Of a stretch of 64,000 nt of DNA, positions 51,366 through 61,318 are shown one piece after another. Position 1 is the stretch's first letter; each line of letters begins with the position of its first letter. The stretch is from the NCBI GenBank assembly GCA_045810445.1, contig JBJMVX010000276.1, positions 954-64,953 of the forward strand. Direction: 5' to 3'. Made by a program: the position numbers and the translations under genes. This stretch comes from Massilia sp. (GTDB lineage: Bacteria > Pseudomonadota > Gammaproteobacteria > Burkholderiales > Burkholderiaceae_D). The notes under the pieces were generated by a model. It made no database searches, was not told the origin of the DNA, and saw only the letters and a list, made by a program, of their open reading frames with translations.

Positions 51366-52736
51366 ATGCTAGATAACTTAACCCAACGCCTTGCCAAGGT
51401 CGTCAAGACCATGCGCGGTGAGGCGCGTCTGACCGAATCGAACACCGCCGAGATGCTGCGCGAAGTGCGCCTGGCCCTGCTCGAAGCCGACGTGGCCCTG
51501 CCCGCCGTGCGCGAGTTCATTGGCCGCGTCAAGGAAAAAGCCCTGGGCGAAGAAGTCATCGCCTCGCTCAGTCCTGGCCAGGCCCTGGTTGGCGTGGTCC
51601 AGCGCGAGCTGGCCGTGCTGATGGGCGCGGACCTGGGACCGGAAGCGTCGCAACTGAGTTTTGCGCAGCAGCCGCCAGCCATCATCCTCATGGCAGGTCT
51701 GCAAGGTGTCGGCAAAACCACCACCGTCGGCAAGCTGGCCAAGTATCTGAAGGAAGAGAAAAAGAAAAAGGTGCTGACTGTCTCGGCCGACGTCTACCGT
51801 CCCGCGGCGATCGCCCAACTTGAATCGGTGACCAAGCAGGTCGGCGCCGACTTCTTCCCATCGACCGCCACCGACAAGCCAGTCGACATCGCCCTGGCGG
51901 CGCTGGACTGGGCCAAGAAGCACTACCACGATGTGCTGATCATCGACACGGCCGGTCGCCTTGGTATTGACGAAGCGATGATGCAGGAAATCTCCGCCGT
52001 CCACAAAGCGGTCAACCCGATTGAAACCCTGTTCGTGGTCGACGCCATGCTCGGTCAGGATGCCATCAACACGGCCAAGGCCTTTAGCGACGCGCTGCCC
52101 TTGACCGGCATTGTGCTCACCAAGCTCGATGGCGACTCGCGTGGCGGTGCTGCGCTGTCGGTACGTCATATCACCGGCAAGCCGATCAAGTTTGCCGGCG
52201 TGTCGGAAAAGCTCGATGGCCTGGAAGCCTTCGACGCCCAGCGCATGGCCAACCGCATTCTCGGCATGGGTGACATCCTGGCGCTGGTGGAAGAAGCGCG
52301 CAAGGGCGTCGACAGCAAGGCTGCGGCCGACATGGCCAACAAGATCAAGGCCGGCGGTCGCTTTGACATGAACGACTTCAAGTCGCAACTCGGTCAGATG
52401 AAAAAAATGGGCGGCATGGCCAGCCTGATCGACAAACTGCCGGCCCAGTTTCAACAGGCCGCTGGCGGCGCCAACATGGACAACGCCGACAAGCAGGTGC
52501 GACGCATGGTCGGCATCATCGATTCGATGACGCCGCAGGAACGCGCCAAACCGGAACTGATCAAGGCGACCCGCAAGCGCCGCATTGCCGCGGGCGCGGG
52601 CGTGCAAGTGCAGGAAGTGAACCGCATGCTGGCCCAATATGACCAGATGCAAAGCATGATGAAAAAGCTCAAGGGCGGCGGCCTGATGAAGATGATGCGC
52701 GGGATGAAGGGCATGATGCCGGGCGGGATGGGTTGA
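51366..52736 (+). CDS. ffh: Signal recognition particle protein
   Basis: GLQGVGKTTT, DTAGR, TKLDGD, RILGMGD, Met-rich M domain. Confidence 0.97.
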   Translation: MLDNLTQRLAKVVKTMRGEARLTESNTAEMLREVRLALLEADVALPAVREFIGRVKEKALGEEVIASLSPGQALVGVVQRELAVLMGADLGPEASQLSFAQQPPAIILMAGLQGVGKTTTVGKLAKYLKEEKKKKVLTVSADVYRPAAIAQLESVTKQVGADFFPSTATDKPVDIALAALDWAKKHYHDVLIIDTAGRLGIDEAMMQEISAVHKAVNPIETLFVVDAMLGQDAINTAKAFSDALPLTGIVLTKLDGDSRGGAALSVRHITGKPIKFAGVSEKLDGLEAFDAQRMANRILGMGDILALVEEARKGVDSKAAADMANKIKAGGRFDMNDFKSQLGQMKKMGGMASLIDKLPAQFQQAAGGANMDNADKQVRRMVGIIDSMTPQERAKPELIKATRKRRIAAGAGVQVQEVNRMLAQYDQMQSMMKKLKGGGLMKMMRGMKGMMPGGMG

Positions 52737-52945
52737 TTTTGCCCGATGCCTGCTGCGGCGCGGCATATGCATAGCGACGGTCAAATCCGTGGCTGGCTGG
52801 CTGCGCCGGGGCGTTTCAAGGGCTTCTCCCTCTCAAAAAGGGTAAAAATTCTTGAAAAACACTTGCATCATCAGTAAATCCCCACCAATATAAGCCGTGC
52901 GATCAATTGCGCAATTTCCCATGTGTTCGTTAAGGAGGCTTGAAG

Positions 52946-53341
52946 ATGGCAACAGCCAAAAAAACCCCAGCAGCAGCGCCAGCAAAAAAAGCGGCGGCCA
53001 AGCCAGCGGCAAAGCCCGCAGCAAAAAAGGCAGCTCCGGCTAAGGCAGCAGCACCAAAAGCAGCAGCAGCAAAAAAACCAGCAGCTCCCCGCAAGCCGAA
53101 CGCCGCTTTCATGAAAGCGATGACTCCTTCCGCGACGCTGGCAGCCGTTGTAGGCGCGACTCCGTTGCCACGCACCGAAGTGACCAAGAAAGTCTGGGAC
53201 TACATCAAAAAGCTCGACCTCCAGGACGCAGCGAACCGCCGCATGATCAATGCAGACGACAAGCTCAAGGCTGTCTTCGGCGGCAAAGCACAGGTATCGA
53301 TGTTCGAAATGACCAAACTCATTTCCGATCACCTGAAATAA
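52946..53341 (+). CDS. SWIB/MDM2-domain protein with an H1-like Lys/Ala/Pro N-terminal tail
   Basis: AAGGAGG RBS; MATAKK..KPAAK tail; SWIB motif LPRTEVTKKVWDYIKKLDLQD..NRRMINADDKLK..SMFEMTKL. Confidence 0.9.
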   Translation: MATAKKTPAAAPAKKAAAKPAAKPAAKKAAPAKAAAPKAAAAKKPAAPRKPNAAFMKAMTPSATLAAVVGATPLPRTEVTKKVWDYIKKLDLQDAANRRMINADDKLKAVFGGKAQVSMFEMTKLISDHLK

Positions 53342-53370
53342 AAAATTTAGCTGTCCAAGCCGAATTCGCA

Positions 53371-53400
53371 AAAGGCCCTGATCGCAAGATCAGGGCCTTT
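53371..53400 (+). terminator. Intrinsic terminator after the SWIB gene
   Basis: AAAGGCCCTGATC-GCAA-GATCAGGGCCTTT perfect hairpin with a GNRA loop. Confidence 0.85.
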
Positions 53401-53435
53401 GTGTTTGTGGGCGCGGCGCGTGTTTGGAAAGCTTG

Positions 53436-53742
53436 GTCGTCCCGCGAACGCGCCACTCTCGTCGTTCCCGCGAAGGCGGGAATCCAAGCATTGCATGAGT
53501 CGCTATGGGTCCCCGCATGCGCGAGGACGACGTGTCAGTGTCGTCGTTCCCGCACGTTTCCCTGTCGTCGTTCCCGCACGTTTCCCTGTCGTCGTTCCCG
53601 CACGCTTCCCTGTCGTCGTTCCCGCACGCTTCCCTGTCGTCGTTCCCGCGAAAGCGGGAACCCAAACCTTGCATGAGTCGCTATGGGTCCCCGCATGCGC
53701 GAGGACGACGTGCTACTGTCGTCGTCCCGCGAACGTGCCACT
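53436..53742. repeat. Composite REP/dRS3-like array: two doublets flanking four 24-bp tandem half-units
   Basis: GTCGTTCCCGCGAAGGCGGGAATCCA-type arms; TGTCGTCGTTCCCGCACGYTTCCC x4 at 53539-53634; 22-bp near-identical direct repeats at both ends. Confidence 0.9.
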
Positions 53743-53744
53743 GC

Positions 53745-54362
53745 TCAGTGGTATTCCCACTTCTTCCACGCCGACAGCACCGCGCTCGGATACTGCGGCT
53801 GCCCGCGGCTGCCGTTATACCGGCCCAGGGCCAGGTACAGATTGCCGCCTTCCATATCCACGTACATGCGCAAAATCGCGCAGCCATAACGCAGATTGGT
53901 CTGCATGTGAAACAGCCGGCTGCGGTCACTGTCACCCACCACGCCCGTCCAGAAAGGCATGACCTGCATGTAGCCGCGCGCGCCCGCCATCGACACCGCG
54001 TACTTGCGATACGCCGACTCCACCTGAATCAGGCCCAGCACCATCCCCGGATCCAAGCCAGCCCGCGTCGCTTCATACCAGGCCGTTTCCAAAAACTCGG
54101 TGCGCACCTGGTCGTCGGGCAGCTTGCGTTTCAGGCGCCCCGACATTTCAGCAAGCCAGCCTTGATAGTGCTTGCGCGCCGCCTCGTCCCGAAACACGGG
54201 CTGCGGCGGACGCGCATCCATGATCGCGTTGTGCAGCGCGAGGCGCACCGAATCGGCAATCGCTTCTTCCTTCTGATTGCCCGCCAGTGCGGCGCCGGAC
54301 AGCGCCAGCAGCATCAGTCCTGCTGCCAGCGACGCCAGCACACTCGATAGTCGACGCTTCAC
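53745..54362 (-). CDS. SLT-domain lytic transglycosylase
   Basis: Signal peptide; [20 protein letters not shown]; GTG start overlaps the proS stop. Confidence 0.9.
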   Translation of the reverse strand: MKRRLSSVLASLAAGLMLLALSGAALAGNQKEEAIADSVRLALHNAIMDARPPQPVFRDEAARKHYQGWLAEMSGRLKRKLPDDQVRTEFLETAWYEATRAGLDPGMVLGLIQVESAYRKYAVSMAGARGYMQVMPFWTGVVGDSDRSRLFHMQTNLRYGCAILRMYVDMEGGNLYLALGRYNGSRGQPQYPSAVLSAWKKWEYH

Positions 54363-56092
54363 TGTGCCAGTTTGCCTTGAATGAAGCTGACCATCTCGGC
54401 CACCGGCACGGCTGCGGCTTCGGTGTCGCGACGGCCCTGGTATTCGAGATTGCCTTCCTTCAGACCACGCTCGCCAATGACGATACGATGCGGCACGCCG
54501 ATCAATTCCCAGTCGGCGAACATGGCGCCCGGACGCAAGCCACGGTCGTCGACGATGACGTCCACGCCGGCAGCAGTCAAGGCCGCATACAGCGATTCGA
54601 CTTCGGTCTTGACCATCTCGCTGCGATCCATGCCCATTGGGCAGAGCACCACTTCGAAAGGCGCAATTGCAGCGGGCCAGATGATGCCCTTGTCGTCGAA
54701 ATTCTGTTCGATCGCCGCGCCCAGAATGCGCGTCACGCCAATGCCATAGCAACCCATTTGCAGCGGCGCCGGTTTGCCGTTTTCGTCGAGGAAGGTGGCC
54801 TTCATGCTCTCCGAGTACGAGGTCCCGAGCTGGAACACGTGACCGACTTCGATGCCGCGTTCAATCGCCAGCACGCCCTTGCCATCTGGCGAAGCGTCAC
54901 CTTCGATGACGTTACGCAGGTCGGCCACCAAGGGCTCGGCCATGTCTCGGCCCCAGTTGGCGCCCGTGTAGTGGAAGCCTTCTTCGTTGGCGCCGCACAC
55001 AAAGTCGGCCATGTTGGCGACAGTACGGTCGGCAACCACGGTCACTGGCGCCTTGGTGCCGATCGGACCCAGGTAACCAGGGATGGAGCCGTAGCATTCC
55101 AGGATTTCAGCTTCGGTGGCGAAGCGGTGAGCCGCCAGGCCAGGCACCTTGCCAACCTTGACTTCATTGAGCTCATGGTCGCCGCGCAGCAGCAGCATCC
55201 AGTTTTCCTTGACCTGTTTGCCGGCGACTTCCTTCTCCACCGTCAGCGCAATGGTCTTGACGGTGCGATCGAGCGGCAGGCCGAGCAAGGTCGCCACCGT
55301 CTCGCACTTGGTAGTGCCCGGGGTCGAGGTCTTGGTCAGTGCAGCAGTGGCCGGGGCACGGATAGCCGCGAGCGGCAGCGCTTCGGCCGCTTCCATATTG
55401 GCCGCGTAGTCCGAGGTCGGGCAGTACACGATCGCGTCTTCGCCGGTGCTGGCAATGACGTGAAATTCGTGCGAGCCGGAGCCGCCGATGGCGCCGTTGT
55501 CGGCAGCCACGGCGCGGAACTTCAGGCCAAAGCGGTTGAAAATGGCGGTGTAGGCGTCAAACATCACCTTGTACGACGCTTTCAGGCCCGCTTCGTCACG
55601 GTCGAAGGAGTAGGCATCCTTCATCGTGAACTCGCGCCCGCGCATCAGGCCAAAACGGGGACGGCGCTCGTCGCGGAACTTGGTCTGGATATGGTAAAAA
55701 TTGAGCGGCAGCTGGCGATAGGACTTGATTTCGCCGCGCACAACGTCGGTGATGACTTCTTCGGACGTGGGCTGGATCGCGTATTCGCGGCCATGGCGGT
55801 CTTTCACGCGCATCAGTTCCGGACCCATTTTTTCCCAGCGACCGGTTTCCTGCCACAGTTCGGCTGGCTGCACGAGCGGCATCAACAGCTCTATCCCGCC
55901 CGCCTTGTTCATTTCGTCGCGAATAATCGCTTCGACCTTGCGGATCACGCGCAGGCCGGTTGGCATATACGTATAAATGCCGGAACCGAGGCGTTTGATC
56001 ATCCCGGCGCGCATCATCAGTTGATGGCTGACGATTTCAGCATCGGAAGGCGCTTCTTTTAAAGTTGAAATAAAAAAACGTGAGGCGCGCAT
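54359..56092 (-). CDS. proS: Proline--tRNA ligase
   Basis: [18 protein letters not shown], editing insertion, [18 protein letters not shown]. Confidence 0.97.
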   Translation of the reverse strand: MRASRFFISTLKEAPSDAEIVSHQLMMRAGMIKRLGSGIYTYMPTGLRVIRKVEAIIRDEMNKAGGIELLMPLVQPAELWQETGRWEKMGPELMRVKDRHGREYAIQPTSEEVITDVVRGEIKSYRQLPLNFYHIQTKFRDERRPRFGLMRGREFTMKDAYSFDRDEAGLKASYKVMFDAYTAIFNRFGLKFRAVAADNGAIGGSGSHEFHVIASTGEDAIVYCPTSDYAANMEAAEALPLAAIRAPATAALTKTSTPGTTKCETVATLLGLPLDRTVKTIALTVEKEVAGKQVKENWMLLLRGDHELNEVKVGKVPGLAAHRFATEAEILECYGSIPGYLGPIGTKAPVTVVADRTVANMADFVCGANEEGFHYTGANWGRDMAEPLVADLRNVIEGDASPDGKGVLAIERGIEVGHVFQLGTSYSESMKATFLDENGKPAPLQMGCYGIGVTRILGAAIEQNFDDKGIIWPAAIAPFEVVLCPMGMDRSEMVKTEVESLYAALTAAGVDVIVDDRGLRPGAMFADWELIGVPHRIVIGERGLKEGNLEYQGRRDTEAAAVPVAEMVSFIQGKLAQ

Positions 56093-56306
56093 ATCGGTGA
56101 ATTCTTTTTAAAAAGAGAGGGTTATAATCAACCTAATTTTAAAGGATTAGCTGGCTGATGCGTCCAATCTTTATACAAATGGGCCCGTTTCACATGATTC
56201 CCGCCGTTTTCGTACCCCGAAAACCTGGCGGGGCGGCGCATGCGCCGCGAATTTGTGGGTAAAAATGTAAGAAGGCGCGCGCTGGCAGAAAGTTTCGAGG
56301 TGCACT

Positions 56307-56942
56307 ATGCTCGACCGTGAAGGGTTTCGACCCAACGTCGGCATCATCCTGCTCAACGCCCATAACGAGGTGTGGTGGGGCAAGCGGGTGCGCGAGCACT
56401 CGTGGCAGTTCCCGCAAGGGGGCATTAAATATGGAGAGACACCGGAACAGGCAATGTACCGCGAGCTGGAAGAGGAAATCGGCTTGCGTCAGGAACACGT
56501 GAAGATTGTGGGACGCACCCGCGACTGGTTGCGTTACGAAGTGCCCGACCATTTCATCAAGCGTGAAATTCGCGGGCATTATCGCGGGCAGAAGCAGATC
56601 TGGTTTTTGCTGCGTATGTGCGCGCGCGACAACGACGTCAATCTGCGCCTGACCGACCATCCCGAGTTCGACGCCTGGCGCTGGCATGAATACTGGGTGC
56701 CACTGGACGTGGTCATCGAATTCAAACGCGATGTCTACCAGCGCGCACTGCAGGAACTGTCGCGCTTTCTGACCTGGCCGCCCAATGGCGCTCACACGCA
56801 TGAACGGCGCCACACGGCGCGCTACCTGCGCCAGCCGCATGCGCCGCGCACCACGGCGGCGCCAATCAGCGCCCCGGAGGCAGCAGCACCATCGGACGTG
56901 GAGCCCGCTGCAGCGGAGCCCATGCTGGCACCAAAGGAGTAG
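56307..56942 (+). CDS. rppH: RNA pyrophosphohydrolase (Nudix)
   Basis: [33 protein letters not shown] Nudix box, GQKQIWF; low-complexity C-terminal extension. Confidence 0.95.
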   Translation: MLDREGFRPNVGIILLNAHNEVWWGKRVREHSWQFPQGGIKYGETPEQAMYRELEEEIGLRQEHVKIVGRTRDWLRYEVPDHFIKREIRGHYRGQKQIWFLLRMCARDNDVNLRLTDHPEFDAWRWHEYWVPLDVVIEFKRDVYQRALQELSRFLTWPPNGAHTHERRHTARYLRQPHAPRTTAAPISAPEAAAPSDVEPAAAEPMLAPKE

Positions 56943-57053
56943 CGGTCCGCCGCACAGCACCATCAAGGCCAGGCGCAAGCAACCATGCGCCTGGCTTTTT
57001 TTTCGAATCTTCCCGCCCAGCGGGACCTGACACATTGATAGCGGCAGCCCACC

Positions 57054-57479
57054 ATGTTTACGCCCTCCTCCAACGACGTGCGGCGCTTCTTTTGCGAAGC
57101 CTTTCGCAAGCAGCGCGCCGGCGAGATTCTCAGCCCCATGGATGCCATAGCGGCCGACTGGATTGTCCAGCATCCTGAATATGACGAGGTGCTTGCCGAC
57201 GCCGATAGCGCCGTCGCGCGCGATTACTCGGTCGAAGGCGGCCAGGCCAATCCCTTCCTGCATCTGTCGATGCACCTGTCGATTGCCGAACAGGTGTCGA
57301 TCGACAATCCGCCCGGCATCCGCGCCGCCTGCAGCGCGCTGACGCTACGCCTCGGCGCGCACGAAGCGCATCACCAGATCATGGAATGCCTGGGCGAGAT
57401 GATCTGGAAATCGCAGCGCGATGGCGCCCAGCCCGACACCGCCAGCTATGTCGAGTGCGTGCGCAAGCGCGCCGGCTAG
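57054..57479 (+). CDS. DUF1841 family protein
   Basis: HPEY, NPFLHLSMHLSIAEQ, HEAHH..MECL. Confidence 0.87.
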   Translation: MFTPSSNDVRRFFCEAFRKQRAGEILSPMDAIAADWIVQHPEYDEVLADADSAVARDYSVEGGQANPFLHLSMHLSIAEQVSIDNPPGIRAACSALTLRLGAHEAHHQIMECLGEMIWKSQRDGAQPDTASYVECVRKRAG

Positions 57480-57489
57480 CCCAGAATGC

Positions 57490-57530
57490 AAAAATCCTTC
57501 CGGGACGGCGAAACGCCGCTGCGGAAGGAT
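57490..57530 (-). terminator. Hairpin/terminator between the convergent DUF1841 and cytochrome genes
   Basis: ATCCTTCCG...CGGAAGGAT outer stem, inner CGGCG-AAA-CGCCG stem, adjacent A-run. Confidence 0.6.
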
Positions 57531-57558
57531 GTTGTGGCCATCCGAAGATGGCGCGTGC

Positions 57559-57900
57559 TTAGCGCTTGAGGACCAGGTCCGAAGGCAGGCTATGCAGATA
57601 AGCGGCGATGTCGGCGATGTCGTTGTTCGACAGCGGCTTGACCTGGCCACCCATGATGGCGTTGTTGCGGCCGTTAGGACCGTCGCCACGCTTGTAGGCT
57701 TTGAGCGCGTGCTCGAGGTATTCAGCGTGCTGACCGGCGAGCTTTGGATAGGTCGGATCGATCGGCTTGGAGAAGTTGTCGCCGTGGCAGGTGGCGCAGT
57801 TGTACTTCTTGGCCAGCTGTTCGCCATTGGCGACGCTGCCGCCGGCGACAGCACTGAACGACACGACGGCGCAGGACAGGGCAATAATCAGTTTTTTCAT
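57559..57900 (-). CDS. Monoheme c-type cytochrome (c553/c4-like)
   Basis: Signal peptide, CATCH, YPKLAGQ, distal Met. Confidence 0.92.
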   Translation of the reverse strand: MKKLIIALSCAVVSFSAVAGGSVANGEQLAKKYNCATCHGDNFSKPIDPTYPKLAGQHAEYLEHALKAYKRGDGPNGRNNAIMGGQVKPLSNNDIADIAAYLHSLPSDLVLKR

Positions 57901-57910
57901 GGTTCTGTCC

Positions 57911-58231
57911 TTAGTTCTTCTTCTGCGAGGAGTAGTAGGCTGCAACGTCGGCGATGTCCTGATCCGACAGGCCCAATGCCACACCACGCATGGTCGGGTG
58001 CTTGCGATCGCCCTTCTTGTAGGCGTTCAGCGCGCTTTCGATGTACTTGGCCGACTGATTACCCAGCATAGGCACAGGGTAGACTTCAGGGAAAGTAGCC
58101 TTGTAACCGGCGATAGCGTGGCAGCCGATGCATTGTTCAACTTTGGCGGCCTTGGCATTGCCAACGATATCCGCAGCGGCGGCAAGGTTAGCGATGCCGG
58201 CGAGCACGAGAAGTGCAAAGAATTTTTTCAT
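57911..58231 (-). CDS. Monoheme c-type cytochrome (c553/c4-like)
   Basis: Signal peptide, CIGCH, RKHPTM. Confidence 0.92.
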   Translation of the reverse strand: MKKFFALLVLAGIANLAAAADIVGNAKAAKVEQCIGCHAIAGYKATFPEVYPVPMLGNQSAKYIESALNAYKKGDRKHPTMRGVALGLSDQDIADVAAYYSSQKKN

Positions 58232-58354
58232 GATGGCGATGGTAAAGGGTAGTCGGTACCGTAGGTGCAAAAATGTTACCTTTTGCACTATTAACCTGCG
58301 ATTTTAACCGAAATAGGGGCAGGCGTCCACACCGGCAACACGGTGGCGGCCGCC

Positions 58355-58909
58355 TTACGCGGAAAGCGCGACAGTGCCGGACGCCCGGCGTGCGGCTTGA
58401 AAAAGCAGGCCCGCAAACAGCAGTTCGATAAGGCCGCCAGTGAGCGCACCGCTCACCAGGTTGGCATGGCCGAGCACCAGGGCGCAGCCAGCCGCAGCCA
58501 GGATGGCGCCGCAAGCCCAGAACAGGCGCAGGCCGTACATGGTGGAAAAAGTCAGGTAACGCCCACCGATGACCATCAGCATGGCGGGGAAAAACCAGGT
58601 GATCTGCAGGCGCGACACGGCATACACCAAAGGCAGCGCCAATAACATCAGGATCGTCACTTCCAGCGCCAGCGTGCCGAGCGGATTGCCCTTGGTGTGG
58701 GCGCCGGTGCGGCCCAGCGCCTTGGCGATCAACATGCCAGCCGGGTGGATGAACATGCCGCCGATGAACAAGGTCGCAATGCTGGCGTCGGGCGAACGGG
58801 TCCAGGCGACCGCTGCCGCAGCGAGCCACACCAGGGCAGAGGCCAGTACACCGGGGGCGCCGTGCAGATAGCCGCGCCGCATGTCAGCCTGCGCTTGTTC
58901 GATGTCCAT
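58355..58909 (-). CDS. Hypothetical multi-pass membrane protein
   Basis: 184 aa, about 6 hydrophobic helices; GGAG RBS. Confidence 0.75.
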   Translation of the reverse strand: MDIEQAQADMRRGYLHGAPGVLASALVWLAAAAVAWTRSPDASIATLFIGGMFIHPAGMLIAKALGRTGAHTKGNPLGTLALEVTILMLLALPLVYAVSRLQITWFFPAMLMVIGGRYLTFSTMYGLRLFWACGAILAAAGCALVLGHANLVSGALTGGLIELLFAGLLFQAARRASGTVALSA

Positions 58910-59005
58910 GCTCCGCCTCCAGATTGAGTTCAGTGGGAAGGCAGATTAGCGCGAACTGTCTGATTTGGCAATAATGCAAGCTGACGCCCGCGCTAGCAAC
59001 GCTCC

Positions 59006-59530
59006 CTAGCGTTCGGTGCTGCTCAGGTGCAGTTTGATGTCTGCAATGGTCTCGGCGGCGCCGTCGCCCGCTTCCTGAGGCTGGTATCTCCGCAAGGCTT
59101 CCTTGCACATTCCGCGCGCCAGCTTGGGCGCATAAGTCGGCTCCTGGGCTACCGCATAGGCGTGGCACAAATGGTAGGCCGCCTCGTCGTGCCCCGCCTT
59201 GAACGCGTCCTTCCAGTAGGCCAACGCCGCCTGCTTATCGGTTTCGCCTGCCAGGCCGTAGAAATAGACGAAGCCGAGATTGTTATAGGCCGACAGGCGC
59301 AGATACTCCAACTCCACGGGCAGCTCTGGCAGGGCAGCCAGCGCCTTCCACTTGACGACGGCGGTCTTGAAATCCTTGGCGCGATACGCTGCCGTGCCCG
59401 CGTAGAAATAACAGCGCGCGTCATCGGCTGCATAGCTGCTCAACTCCGGTTCTGTGCACATAGTCGCGGCGCCGGCAAGCTGGGAGGCGCCCAGGATCAG
59501 GATGAAGGTAAGCCACTTAAGAATAGACAT
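59006..59530 (-). CDS. Exported Sel1-like repeat protein
   Basis: Signal peptide; AYNNLGFVYFYG...DKQAALAYWKDA..GH..A Sel1 consensus. Confidence 0.75.
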   Translation of the reverse strand: MSILKWLTFILILGASQLAGAATMCTEPELSSYAADDARCYFYAGTAAYRAKDFKTAVVKWKALAALPELPVELEYLRLSAYNNLGFVYFYGLAGETDKQAALAYWKDAFKAGHDEAAYHLCHAYAVAQEPTYAPKLARGMCKEALRRYQPQEAGDGAAETIADIKLHLSSTER

Positions 59531-59590
59531 GCACGGTTCCGTAGATAAAAGTGAGAGGGCGCTGCCAGACGGCCGGTTGCTGGAGAAGAT

Positions 59591-60292
59591 TCATGGCGAG
59601 CCTGGCCCTGCTTGTGCCGCGCACACCGTGGGCACATCTTCCAGAGGTGTTCGTTCCAGAAAAGCCTGCAAGCGGTCGATGGCAATGGCGTAGCGCGGAA
59701 CGGCTTTGTTACCGTGTTTGATGAACAGCTGGGGCGCGGTCTTCACGCGGTGATACTTGAAATCGCTTTTGTCGATCTGCAGATCAGGATGAAAGTCGCT
59801 GGCATCGATTTCTTCGCGCAGCACCATCACGCCGCAGGGAAGGACGTAGGGCTTTTCCTCGGACAGCAGCGGCAGGTAGAGGTTGCCAGCCTTGTTGCGC
59901 ACCAGGGCTTCCTTCTGATAACGCGGCATGACATAGTCCACCCCATCGGTGACCAGGGCGATCAGGTACGGCCCCGCGCTGCCAAATTGGTCCATGCCAT
60001 TGTGGCTGGTGGTCGCCGCGTTCAATGTCGTCGGCGCAGGCTGGCCCGACACTGTCGTCTCCACCGCCAAGGTGATCCAGAATGGGGGCGGGTCTATGCA
60101 AATGACCTCGCCTGTCGCGCATTCCGGCCATTGGGGGAATTTGCCACCAAGACTGACCTGGGCCACAACCAGCAGATGCGAGGCGCGCGCCTTGTCGATG
60201 TGGGGAAAGCTGTCAGGGACCCCCGACGTCGCTCCAGCGCAAGCGCCCATGAGCAGTGCCGCAAACCCGGTACGCAAGAAACAGGTCGACAT
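59591..60292 (-). CDS. Hypothetical exported protein
   Basis: AAGGA RBS before ATG at 60292; signal-peptide-like N-terminus; the upstream part of the ORF-track frame is the antisense shadow of moxR. Confidence 0.65.
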   Translation of the reverse strand: MSTCFLRTGFAALLMGACAGATSGVPDSFPHIDKARASHLLVVAQVSLGGKFPQWPECATGEVICIDPPPFWITLAVETTVSGQPAPTTLNAATTSHNGMDQFGSAGPYLIALVTDGVDYVMPRYQKEALVRNKAGNLYLPLLSEEKPYVLPCGVMVLREEIDASDFHPDLQIDKSDFKYHRVKTAPQLFIKHGNKAVPRYAIAIDRLQAFLERTPLEDVPTVCAAQAGPGSP

Positions 60293-60451
60293 GCAAAGTC
60301 CTTTATGGAGGTTGAGGTGCGCGTTGCAAAAGTAGCAAGGAATGCAGTCTACGCATTCGGCGCGCCCCTGTCTAGAAGCATTCTTCAGTCGCCTGCCGGC
60401 ACGGGCGATCTGTTTTATACTCGAAATAAATCCACTCGCAGATCGCTCTCC

Positions 60452-61318
60452 ATGTCCACACCGCACAACCAGGCCCACCGTTTCCAGGGATCGGACAGCT
60501 ATGTCGCCACCGCCGACCTGAAACTCGCTGTCAATGCCGCCCTCACCTTGCAGCGCCCCCTGCTGATCAAGGGCGAGCCGGGCACCGGCAAGACCATGCT
60601 GGCCGAAGAAGTGGCGCAGGCGCTCGACATGCCGCTGATGCAGTGGCATATCAAGTCCACCACCAAGGCCCAGCAAGGCCTGTACGAATACGATGCCGTT
60701 TCGCGCCTGCGCGACTCGCAACTGGGCGACGAGCGTGTGCGCGACATCCACAACTACATCGTCAAGGGCGTGCTGTGGCAAGCCTTTACCGCGCCCGAAC
60801 CGGTGGTGCTCCTGATCGACGAAATCGACAAGGCCGACATTGAGTTCCCCAACGACCTGCTGCGCGAACTCGATCGCATGGAGTTCTATGTCTACGAGAC
60901 GCGCGAAATGGTGGTGGCCAAGCACCGTCCTCTGGTCATCATCACCTCCAACAACGAGAAGGAACTGCCGGACGCCTTCCTGCGCCGCTGCTTCTTCCAC
61001 TACATCAAATTCCCGGACAAGGACACGATGGAGCAGATCGTCAAGGTCCATTACCCGACCTTGAAGCAGGATCTGCTGGCCCAGGCGCTGCACAGTTTTT
61101 ATGAAGTGCGCGACGTGCAGGGCCTGAAGAAAAAGCCCTCGACCTCCGAGTTCCTCGATTGGTTGAAGCTCTTGCTGGCTGAAGACATTCCAGCCGAAGC
61201 GCTGCGCAGCAAGGACGCCAAGACCATCGTCCCTCCCCTCCATGGCGCCTTGCTGAAAAACGAACAGGACGTGCACCTGTTCGAACGCCTGGTCATGATG
61301 TCGCGGACCAATCGCTGA
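60452..61318 (+). CDS. MoxR-family AAA+ ATPase
   Basis: GEPGTGKT Walker A, LLIDEIDKA Walker B, TSNNEKELPDAFLRRC. Confidence 0.92.
   Translation: MSTPHNQAHRFQGSDSYVATADLKLAVNAALTLQRPLLIKGEPGTGKTMLAEEVAQALDMPLMQWHIKSTTKAQQGLYEYDAVSRLRDSQLGDERVRDIHNYIVKGVLWQAFTAPEPVVLLIDEIDKADIEFPNDLLRELDRMEFYVYETREMVVAKHRPLVIITSNNEKELPDAFLRRCFFHYIKFPDKDTMEQIVKVHYPTLKQDLLAQALHSFYEVRDVQGLKKKPSTSEFLDWLKLLLAEDIPAEALRSKDAKTIVPPLHGALLKNEQDVHLFERLVMMSRTNR

Noticed and set aside
53539-53664. CRISPR array
   Set aside because: The 24-bp units are head-to-tail with no unique spacers, derive from the adjacent REP arm, and no cas genes are present
53390-53741. ORFs with (GNDDREAC)n or (SLSSFPH)n repeats
   Set aside because: These are translations of the REP tandem array in several frames, with no RBS or domain
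58355-60292. Integron cassette array
   Set aside because: No attC-like RYYYAAC...GTTRRRY inverted repeats in the spacers and no integrase
59612-60451. N-terminal extension making a 568-aa MoxR, and the reciprocal 561-aa minus-strand ORF
   Set aside because: Each long frame is a real gene plus the antisense shadow of its divergent neighbour
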